From Candidatus Harpocratesius repetitus (GTDB lineage: Archaea > Asgardarchaeota > Lokiarchaeia > Sigyniarchaeales > Promethearchaeaceae), in the NCBI GenBank assembly GCA_021498095.1, contig JAIZWK010000001.1, forward strand, positions 1,920,001-1,952,000: 32,000 nt of DNA. Reading direction: 5' to 3'. Shown piece by piece: positions 24,706 to 32,000 of this stretch. The notes below the pieces were generated by a model, which did no database searches, was not told the DNA's origin, and saw only the letters and a list, made by a program, of their open reading frames with translations. The position numbers and the translations under genes were made by a program. Within the stretch, counting starts at the first letter, position 1. The number at the start of each line of letters is the position of its first letter.

Positions 24706-26469
24706 TTAATGTCTCCTTTCACTACGTGGATAATAGTGAGTATGTAGTAAATGATGGGCTTCATTGCTACCTAAAGTCTTTAAAAAGTTAGCATATAACC
24801 GTTGTACTGCTGTATTTTCATGAGATAATCTGATTGTATATTGCTCATCCAATTTATAAAGTGCCTGTGCACGTTGTTTAATTACTTCCAAATCCATTCC
24901 TCTTGGTTGGCCTCCTCCATTGATACATCCACCAGGACAAGCCATAATTTCAATAAAGTGATAATTGTTTGGATTACCTGCTCGAATTTCATCACAAATA
25001 ATTCGTGCATTTTTTAAACCACTAGCAGCAACACAATTAACTGTTAACTCTGGAGTTAACTGAATTTTTGCCCTTTTTATTCCTTCAATACCACGTACTT
25101 GAGTTATTTCAAGATGTTCCAAATTTTTTTTGTTCACCAACCAATAAGCAGTTCTTAAAGCAGCTTCCATGACTCCTCCAGAAGCTCCAAAAATTTTTCC
25201 TGCTCCTGTACTTTCTCCTAATGGATCATCATATTTTGAATCTGGAAGAGACTTTAAATCTAAACCAAACTTTTTAATTGCTCTAATCAATTCACGTGTG
25301 GTTAAAACTGCATCAGTATTGGGAAGTCCATCATTAACCAGCTCAGAACGATCAGCTTCGAATTTTTTTGCCATACATGGCATAATTGCTACTTGGAAAA
25401 TTCGTTTAGGCATGATCTGTTGATTCTTTGCCCAATAGCTCTTAATAATTGCACCTTGCATGCTCATAGGAGATTTACACGTAGACATATATGGGATTAA
25501 ATCTGCATATTCATGTTCCATAAACTTAATCCAACCTGGGCTGCAGGTAGAAATTAACGGGAGAGTTTTATTTTCTGTAATTCGCTTGATTAATTCATTT
25601 GCTTCTTCTAAAATAGTTAAATCTGCTCCAAAAACTGTATCAAAAACAGCATCAAAGCCCATTCTTTTTAAAGCGGTTACTAATTTTCCAGAAACATCTG
25701 TACCGATGGGAAATCCAAATTCTTCGCCAATTGTAACCGAAATACTCGGTGCAACTTGAACAGTTACAATGGTGTTTGGATCATCAATTGCTTCTCTGAC
25801 TTCTGTGCTTACATCTCTTTCTTTTAATGCTCCTGTGGGACAAACTCTTACGCACTGCCCGCATAGTACACACGAAGATTCATGAATTGTTTTTCCAAAT
25901 GCGCTGGTAACTATAGATTCAAATCCACGTTTTGTAACATCAATTGCGTGTACTGATTGAACTTCATCACATACTTTTACACAGCGTTGGCATAAAATAC
26001 ATTTATTAGGATCCCGTACAAGAGCCATGCTTGTTTGATCCAAAGGATTTTGTCGTTTTGATCCTAAAAACCTGTGATCTCTTATATTATAGATTTTTGC
26101 TAGATCTTGTAATTCACACTCACCATTTCTTTCACAATATAAACAATCCATTTCATGATTTGCTACTAAAAGCTCAACAATAACTTTCCTTATCGCTTGA
26201 ATTTTTGGACTGTTGGTGTGAATTTTCATTCCTTCTTTTACAAATGTACTACATGAAGGAACAGGTCGAGGGAAGCCTTCAACTTCAACCACACAAATTC
26301 TGCATGATCCCGTAGGTGTTATTTCATCCAAATAACATAATGTAGGAATATGGATGCCATGATTACGTGCCACTTGAAGAATTGTTTGAGTATCTTCCAC
26401 TTTCATGGGTTCATCGTTCATCCAAATATTAACTGGTTTTGATATAAGTAATTTTGTTGATGTTGCCAT
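24706..26469 (-). CDS. hydA: [FeFe]-hydrogenase catalytic subunit (group A, HydA)
   Basis: [2Fe-2S] CY..GSCRIC, His-ligated HEMDCLYC..C, two CxxCxxC ferredoxin motifs, H-cluster motifs STCSPGW, MPCMAKKFE, EIMACPGGCINGGGQP, fused small-subunit tail LLHTHY. Confidence 0.95.
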   Translation of the reverse strand: MATSTKLLISKPVNIWMNDEPMKVEDTQTILQVARNHGIHIPTLCYLDEITPTGSCRICVVEVEGFPRPVPSCSTFVKEGMKIHTNSPKIQAIRKVIVELLVANHEMDCLYCERNGECELQDLAKIYNIRDHRFLGSKRQNPLDQTSMALVRDPNKCILCQRCVKVCDEVQSVHAIDVTKRGFESIVTSAFGKTIHESSCVLCGQCVRVCPTGALKERDVSTEVREAIDDPNTIVTVQVAPSISVTIGEEFGFPIGTDVSGKLVTALKRMGFDAVFDTVFGADLTILEEANELIKRITENKTLPLISTCSPGWIKFMEHEYADLIPYMSTCKSPMSMQGAIIKSYWAKNQQIMPKRIFQVAIMPCMAKKFEADRSELVNDGLPNTDAVLTTRELIRAIKKFGLDLKSLPDSKYDDPLGESTGAGKIFGASGGVMEAALRTAYWLVNKKNLEHLEITQVRGIEGIKRAKIQLTPELTVNCVAASGLKNARIICDEIRAGNPNNYHFIEIMACPGGCINGGGQPRGMDLEVIKQRAQALYKLDEQYTIRLSHENTAVQRLYANFLKTLGSNEAHHLLHTHYYPRSERRH

Positions 26470-26487
26470 TTTTTGATTCCTCCATAT

Positions 26488-28455
26488 TTATTCTAAAAAT
26501 ATTGCGCCAAATTTACAATTTGATTGACATAGACCGCATTTTACACATTTTTCTTCAATAATATAATGTGCTTGTTTTTTCTCTCCCAATATTGCTTCAT
26601 TAGGACAGTTAAGTTTGCAAAGACCGCATCCAATACATTTTTCTGCATCTATTTTAAATGATAATAATCCAATACATGCTTTTGCAGGACATCGGTTTTC
26701 ATAAAGATGAGCTTCATATTCACTTCTGAAGTATTTTAAAGTTGTTAAAACTGGATTTGGAGCACTGATTCCAAGACCACATAGAGCCGTGTCTTTAATT
26801 ACATGCGCTAATTCCTCGAGAGAAATCATGTTATTCATTCGATCTACTACTTCCTGATCATTTTTTGGTTTTTGTGTTAATTTTGTTAATGTTTCAAGAA
26901 GTCTTCGGGTTCCTTCACGACATGGTATACATTTACCGCACGATTCATCTTGGATGAATTTCATGAAAAAACGAGCAGTATCAACCATACATGTCGAATC
27001 ATCCATGATTACTAATCCTCCAGAGCCCATCATGGCTCCTACTTTCTTCAATTGTTCATAATCTATTGGTGTATCAATTAAGTGACTTGGAATGCAACCA
27101 CCTGAAGGTCCACCAATTTGTGCAGCTTTAAATTTGTGCCCATTTGGAATGCCGCCTCCAATTTTTACAATATCACGAATTGTTATTCCCATAGGAACTT
27201 CGACCAATCCAGCACGACAAATTTTTCCAGTAAGTGAAAATACTTTAGTTCCACGAGATCTATCGATACCCCATTGTGCAAATTTCTTAGGACCATAATT
27301 TAAGATTTTGGCAATTTGAGCAATTGTTTCTACATTATTAATATTAGTTGGTCGACCCCACAATCCAACTGTGGCAGGATAAGGTGGTTTAATACGGGGC
27401 ATTCCTCTTTTTCCCTCAATCGATTCCATTAGAGCTGTTTCTTCACCACATACAAAAGCTCCGGCACCTTTTTTGATTTCAATATCAAAAGTAAAATTTG
27501 ATTTTAGAATATTCTTCCCTAAAAGACCACGTTTTCGACTTTGCTCAATTGCATTAGTTAATTGTTGGATAGCTATTGGATATTCTGCACGACAATATAT
27601 TATTCCTTTGGTCGCTCCAATAGCATATCCCATGATAAGCATACCTTCAATAATTGAAAATGGATCTGATTCTAATACTGCGCGATCCATAAACGCTCCT
27701 GGATCTCCTTCATCTGCATTACAAATGACATATTTTTGGCCATCTGGACTATTTGCATTTCGACAAAATTGCCATTTCTCTCCAGTTGGAAATCCTCCAC
27801 CTCCACGACCACGAAGACCGCTGGATTTAATATCATCAATAACTTTTTGGGGGTTTCCCTGTTCTAATACATTTGCAAATGCACTAAAGCCTTGTTCATA
27901 TGCAATATATTCTTCAATTGAACGAGGATTGAGTACTCCGCAATGAGAAAGAACAAATTTTTGTTGATTTTTGAAAAATTCATTAGCAGATATAGGAAGT
28001 ATATCTGAAAAATCTTCGTCACCAGAATTTTCCTCAACTGGATACTTCCCCAATACCCAATCTTTGATAATTTCCCCTTTTTGTATCGTTTTTTGAATTA
28101 TTTCAACAACTTTTTCTTTAGTGATTTGTTGATAAGCCACTCGAGCTTTTTTTGGTAATTTTATATCAACAATTGGCTCAAGATAACATGAACCAATACA
28201 ACCAACTGGGATGATTTCTGCATCTATTTTATATTTCTGTAATTCTGCTCTAAATGTAGTATAAGTTGATTGTGCTCCTGAAGCAAGACCGCATGTTCCC
28301 ATTCCAATGAAAATTAATGGTTTTGAATTTTGGATATGCTTTGCAGCATAATATTGCTCTTTAGTTAATGTAATTGGTGATTTATCGATTTTTTCTTTTG
28401 TAATTTTTTTTTTGGGAGATAAGTTTGCTTTCTTTACTGAATTTGTTTTACTCAT
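26488..28455 (-). CDS. hydB: NADH/FMN-binding diaphorase subunit HydB (NuoF-like), bifurcating-type architecture
   Basis: N-terminal Trx-like Cys domain, GRGGGGFPTG, NADEGDPGAFMDR, GAGAFVCGEET, GGPSGG, ESCGKCIPCREG, H..RCPAKAC, C-terminal 2x[4Fe-4S]. Confidence 0.95.
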   Translation of the reverse strand: MSKTNSVKKANLSPKKKITKEKIDKSPITLTKEQYYAAKHIQNSKPLIFIGMGTCGLASGAQSTYTTFRAELQKYKIDAEIIPVGCIGSCYLEPIVDIKLPKKARVAYQQITKEKVVEIIQKTIQKGEIIKDWVLGKYPVEENSGDEDFSDILPISANEFFKNQQKFVLSHCGVLNPRSIEEYIAYEQGFSAFANVLEQGNPQKVIDDIKSSGLRGRGGGGFPTGEKWQFCRNANSPDGQKYVICNADEGDPGAFMDRAVLESDPFSIIEGMLIMGYAIGATKGIIYCRAEYPIAIQQLTNAIEQSRKRGLLGKNILKSNFTFDIEIKKGAGAFVCGEETALMESIEGKRGMPRIKPPYPATVGLWGRPTNINNVETIAQIAKILNYGPKKFAQWGIDRSRGTKVFSLTGKICRAGLVEVPMGITIRDIVKIGGGIPNGHKFKAAQIGGPSGGCIPSHLIDTPIDYEQLKKVGAMMGSGGLVIMDDSTCMVDTARFFMKFIQDESCGKCIPCREGTRRLLETLTKLTQKPKNDQEVVDRMNNMISLEELAHVIKDTALCGLGISAPNPVLTTLKYFRSEYEAHLYENRCPAKACIGLLSFKIDAEKCIGCGLCKLNCPNEAILGEKKQAHYIIEEKCVKCGLCQSNCKFGAIFLE

Positions 28456-28498
28456 TTAATTTTCCTCCGAAATTACTTTTTTTTATTTTTCTTATTCC

Positions 28499-28951
28499 CT
28501 ATTTGTATTTACGCAAGATTTTCTTAATTTCTCCAGCAGTCAAATTACCGTAAAAATCAGAATCGATATTCACAACAGGACTTAACGCACAAGCACCTAA
28601 GCATGCAACTAAATTTAGTGTAAAACGACCATCTTTAGTCGTTTCTCCTGCCTTACACTTTAATTCCTGCTCAAACACTGGAATTAATTTTTCTGATCCC
28701 TTTACGTGACAAGCAGTTCCAGTGCATAGATTGATGACATGTCGTCCAGGAGGTTGTAGGCGGAATTGTGCATAGAATGTTGCTACTCCGTAAATTTTTG
28801 AACTGGGAATGTTAAGATATTCCGAAATTTCATATACTGATTCTTCAGAAATAAACCCATATTCTGCCTGCACCGCTTGAAGTATAGGAATAAGTTCTGA
28901 AGAATTTCCTTGGGTAAAATGGGATAAAATGTCAGATATTTTTGTAGGCAT
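28499..28951 (-). CDS. hydC: [2Fe-2S] subunit HydC (NuoE-like)
   Basis: LIPILQAVQ..GFI, GVATFYAQF, CTGTACHV, CLGACALSP. Confidence 0.95.
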   Translation of the reverse strand: MPTKISDILSHFTQGNSSELIPILQAVQAEYGFISEESVYEISEYLNIPSSKIYGVATFYAQFRLQPPGRHVINLCTGTACHVKGSEKLIPVFEQELKCKAGETTKDGRFTLNLVACLGACALSPVVNIDSDFYGNLTAGEIKKILRKYK

Positions 28952-29095
28952 TTTGTATCTATCCTCCTAAATTGTTAAAATAAAAAATGATTGTCAGAAA
29001 AAGAATATATTCTGAAGGAAATCGGTAATTTCATAGACGAAATGAATTCATTTTCCAAGAAATCTAATTTTTTTATCTTTATCAATGATGGTAAA

Positions 29096-29113
29096 GCGAC
29101 AATGTTATGTCGC
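29096..29113. promoter_or_regulatory. GC-rich inverted repeat upstream of hydC (operator or leader hairpin)
   Basis: GCGACA-N6-TGTCGC in otherwise very AT-rich DNA, 145 nt upstream of the hydC start. Confidence 0.4.
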
Positions 29114-29209
29114 AGATAGATCATTTTTTCGCAAAAGGAATATTTAATTACCAAAAATATAAATATTATTTTAAAATTAAATTTATGATTTTTTAAAAAA
29201 TTGCTTATA

Positions 29210-29842
29210 TTAGCTAAATCCACGACTTTCAAGAGAAATGGAGAGGTTTATTGAAAAGTCCATGATTCTTAATAGTGCTGGAATTGCAATAGGTCCTGGT
29301 TTAAATAGATTAATTTTGTATCCTCTGGATTTTTGAATTACAATTATTTTCTGAACTTCTTGAGTTAAAAGGGGTAACCAGCTAATTGCGATTACTATTG
29401 CAAGAATATATTTTGCTGGAATTCTAACTTTACGTAGTTCAGTTATTAATTCAATCGGTGGGGTTGCATGCGTGAAAAGAAATGATGCGATTATCATTAT
29501 TAAAATAGTTACTGCGAAATTTCCAAATAATATAAGTGCTGATTTCCATTCTTTGGTTGCAAAATAAAAAATGAGAAAAATACTAAGAAAATTTAATATT
29601 AAGACTTTAAAAAATCCATTCATTATTCTCCAAGGTAATCGAACTAAAAAAGCAAAAACACATTCAATTAAAAGGATGATCCATCTTAGGTGTTTAAAAC
29701 TAGAAGAAAATGCCAACAAATTAAAACTAATAAAAATGCTTAATTTAATAATGGGATGAATATGGTATTTGAATGAGTAACTCTGGATGTCTTCATTACT
29801 TAATTTTAAATTGGTTGATTTCCTTTTCTGGTTATGTTGCAT
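29210..29842 (-). CDS. ecfT: ECF transporter transmembrane coupling subunit (EcfT/CbiQ)
   Basis: TM helices plus the two coupling motifs QKSRG and LESRG; overlaps the ATPase gene by 11 nt. Confidence 0.88.
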   Translation of the reverse strand: MQHNQKRKSTNLKLSNEDIQSYSFKYHIHPIIKLSIFISFNLLAFSSSFKHLRWIILLIECVFAFLVRLPWRIMNGFFKVLILNFLSIFLIFYFATKEWKSALILFGNFAVTILIMIIASFLFTHATPPIELITELRKVRIPAKYILAIVIAISWLPLLTQEVQKIIVIQKSRGYKINLFKPGPIAIPALLRIMDFSINLSISLESRGFS

Positions 29843-30578
29843 GATTCCACATCCAAAGTGATCGTTTGCTCATTAACTCGCTTTTTAATTTACGAGAAAT
29901 TTGATGATCTTTAATATACAAGATTTCTTCACACATTTGCCCAATTAACCAAGGATCATTACTCGCAATTAAAATAGTCATATTCATTTCTAAATTCAAC
30001 CGAGTAAGCCAATGCATAAGTGCAATCTTATTTCGATAATCTAGATGAATAGATGGTTCATCTAATATCAAAATTTTCGGTTGTAAAGCGATTATTGACG
30101 CCAATATAACTCGTTGTTTTTGACCTGCAGACAAATTCATGGGAATTCTGTCTTTTAGATCGATAATATTCAAATTTTGTAAAGCATCTAAGGCTAATTT
30201 AGGATTCATTTTTAGATTAAGAAGCCCGAATTTCACTTCATCTAAAACGGTATTGCTGAATAATTGAGCATTTAAATCTTGAAAAACCATACCAGTTGTT
30301 TGGGCTAAAGAGGCTAATTTTGTTTTGTGTACAAGGTGACCATCAACAATAATTTCTCCTGAATATCTATTTCCTTTAATGGCATGAGGAATAATTCCTT
30401 TTATTAAATATGCTAAAGTAGTCTTTCCAGAGCCTGAATTACCTGCAATGCCCAGTATCTCTCCTTTGTTAATTGAAAAATTAATATTTTCATAGATAGA
30501 TCGTGATTTCTCATAAGAAAAGGATACATTGTGAAATTCTATGATAGGAGAAGGAGAATCGTTTGAATCTTGTTTCAT
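29832..30578 (-). CDS. ecfA: ECF transporter ATPase (EcfA/CbiO)
   Basis: Walker A GNSGSGKTT, Q-loop VFQD, signature LSAGQKQR, Walker B ILILDEPS. Confidence 0.92.
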   Translation of the reverse strand: MKQDSNDSPSPIIEFHNVSFSYEKSRSIYENINFSINKGEILGIAGNSGSGKTTLAYLIKGIIPHAIKGNRYSGEIIVDGHLVHKTKLASLAQTTGMVFQDLNAQLFSNTVLDEVKFGLLNLKMNPKLALDALQNLNIIDLKDRIPMNLSAGQKQRVILASIIALQPKILILDEPSIHLDYRNKIALMHWLTRLNLEMNMTILIASNDPWLIGQMCEEILYIKDHQISRKLKSELMSKRSLWMWNHAT

Positions 30579-30720
30579 TGTTGTAGATCACCTAATTATT
30601 GGTTATCCATAATAAAAAAAAGAGTATATTATTGTTAAAAAAAAGGACACTCTTTCAATTATTCATTTCTCTCAATTAATAATAATCAATCAAACTCCTC
30701 AGAGATGAAAGTGACTATTT

Positions 30721-31422
30721 TTACATTTGAGAAAAGCGCGCATAAATTGCTGTTTTTTTAAGTTTTAAAAATAATCCCCATGAAATATAACACATAATTA
30801 TTGTGGGTAAACTTGATGTGATTCCACAAACAAGGGAAAATTTAACCAAATTCCAAGAAATCCCCGTGACTGGAATTGAAACAAAACTACTGATATTCCA
30901 AAACGCATTAAATAAATTACTAAAACCCATTACATAAGGAAATTGGAAAAGGGTCCAAATAGTAAAAGTAGATAACCACCAAATAGTACTACCTAAAATG
31001 CCAACCAAAATTGGGCGAATAATCCGAATTTTAATAAGATATACTGCATCCAATACAATACCAATAATTATTCCTACAACGATTTTATAAATTCCTGGGA
31101 CTGAACCAAAAAAAGTTGTAGGTGCCGCAATGGTGCCAAAAATTATCATATAAAGAGTTAATGATCCAAAACGATCATCTATGAGATATTTGGTAAGTGA
31201 AATAAATAAAAAATTAAGTGGAAGCATAATCAGAACCCCTGCAATTATATGTGAAAAAAGCAGGATGAATGAAGGACTTAATAATAAATCAATTCCAACG
31301 TTTGTTGCACTCATCAGTGCAATGAAAATTATATTAACTAAACTTAATGATTTTTTTACATTTTGATGTGTTTCTTGTTTTAAAAGCGGAGAAGATCTGT
31401 TTTTTTCAGTCATTATAATCAA
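30721..31422 (-). CDS. Probable ECF substrate-binding S component
   Basis: About six TM helices, IFIALMSA first-helix pattern, upstream of ecfA and ecfT on the same strand; substrate unknown. Confidence 0.65.
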   Translation of the reverse strand: MIIMTEKNRSSPLLKQETHQNVKKSLSLVNIIFIALMSATNVGIDLLLSPSFILLFSHIIAGVLIMLPLNFLFISLTKYLIDDRFGSLTLYMIIFGTIAAPTTFFGSVPGIYKIVVGIIIGIVLDAVYLIKIRIIRPILVGILGSTIWWLSTFTIWTLFQFPYVMGFSNLFNAFWNISSFVSIPVTGISWNLVKFSLVCGITSSLPTIIMCYISWGLFLKLKKTAIYARFSQM

Positions 31423-31628
31423 TGATAGAATAAGTTCAGTATTATCTAAATGCTTGTAAAATGATTATTACATATTTGATTTTCACCATTTGAGGATCAA
31501 AGATGATCATCTAATTGTCATTTTTCGATCTTTTTTATTAGATAATATGAATTATAATCAAAAGTCGAAGATAATCAGAAGAAAGTAAAAAAAATAGAGG
31601 TAAAAAAAATTAAGAAATCGTAGGAAAA

Positions 31629-32000
31629 TTATCGTCGTTTCCCTGCTTTATGGATTGCCATTCCGTGAGTATCTTCAACAGCTTCTAAAACTATCTCACT
31701 TAATGTAGGATGAGAGTGAATGACACTAGCTAGCTGATGAGTGGTCAATCCTAAACGCATTGCTACAGAAATCTCTGAAATTAATTCTGGTGCAGCTTCA
31801 CCAATACATGATGCACCAACAATTAGATCTGTGTGTGCATCGACAATGACCATCATGAATCCATTTTCTTCTGCCATACATTTTGCTTTGCCAGAACTGG
31901 CGTATGAAAATCGGCCAATTAAAATATCACCATATTTTTCTTTTGCTTCTTTTTGTCGTAATCCAACAGAACCAATATTTGGGTGAGTAAATGTTGTGGC
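31629..32000 (-). CDS. lpdA: Dihydrolipoamide dehydrogenase (E3), C-terminal dimerisation domain, 5'-truncated by the window
   Basis: Frame is open to 32000: FTHPNIGSVGL..EA..GRFSYASSGKA..ELISE..HSHPTLSE. Confidence 0.9.
   Translation of the reverse strand, partial: ATTFTHPNIGSVGLRQKEAKEKYGDILIGRFSYASSGKAKCMAEENGFMMVIVDAHTDLIVGASCIGEAAPELISEISVAMRLGLTTHQLASVIHSHPTLSEIVLEAVEDTHGMAIHKAGKRR

Noticed and set aside
25169-27946. Plus-strand ORFs within hydA/hydB (25169, 25460, 27092, 27473)
   Set aside because: Antisense shadows of conserved genes.
24706-28951. Complex I (nuoEFG) or formate dehydrogenase interpretation
   Set aside because: The large subunit has H-cluster motifs and no molybdopterin domain; no membrane nuo genes adjacent.
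28975-29232. 85-aa minus-strand ORF between ecfT and hydC
   Set aside because: F/I/K/L-rich translation of AT-rich intergenic DNA; overlaps the ecfT end and covers the likely hyd promoter.
4451-31986. Remaining short ORFs nested in larger genes (e.g. 4451, 4783, 5939, 7359, 7490, 7821, 11384, 14119, 14249, 18108, 29571, 31181, 31741)
   Set aside because: Fully overlap confident CDSs and lack recognisable domains or RBS.
1-32000. CRISPR array, tRNA or rRNA genes
   Set aside because: No regularly spaced 25-45-nt direct repeats and no GC-rich structured non-coding stretch; intergenic regions are short and AT-rich.

Overview
AT-rich (about 30% GC by eye), gene-dense prokaryotic window that reads as an anaerobic archaeon, most plausibly Asgard/Lokiarchaeia-like. 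This is inference from oligo-T terminators, a TATA-like promoter, a SAMP-like protein, many Zn-ribbon and helical-repeat proteins and low-complexity insertions in conserved enzymes; no marker gene is present. Left to right: truncated membrane ORF, Zn-alcohol dehydrogenase, a redox cluster (HesB-like?, TlpA, CcdA), Zn-ribbon-fused PPP phosphatase, GH38 alpha-mannosidase, ZIP transporter, a 1267-aa protein with about 120-aa repeats capped by Zn ribbons, an IS4-superfamily-like DDE transposase, DUF985 cupin, BI-1/YccA membrane protein, an overlapping kinase(+FHA-like)/PPP phosphatase pair, RNase Z, a MoaD/ThiS/SAMP ubiquitin-like protein ending GG-F, a TPR/SNAP-like protein, a tandem winged-helix protein, a pseudo-receiver plus hydCBA [FeFe]-hydrogenase operon, an ECF transporter and the 3' end of lpdA. 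The best candidate for an undescribed system is a phospho-signalling module: the kinase (17538-19514) and a PPP phosphatase about 12 kb away (3595-5130) appear to share the same N-terminal tandem Zn-ribbon domain. No tRNA, rRNA or CRISPR array was seen. All family calls come from motif recognition by eye; no database search was run.
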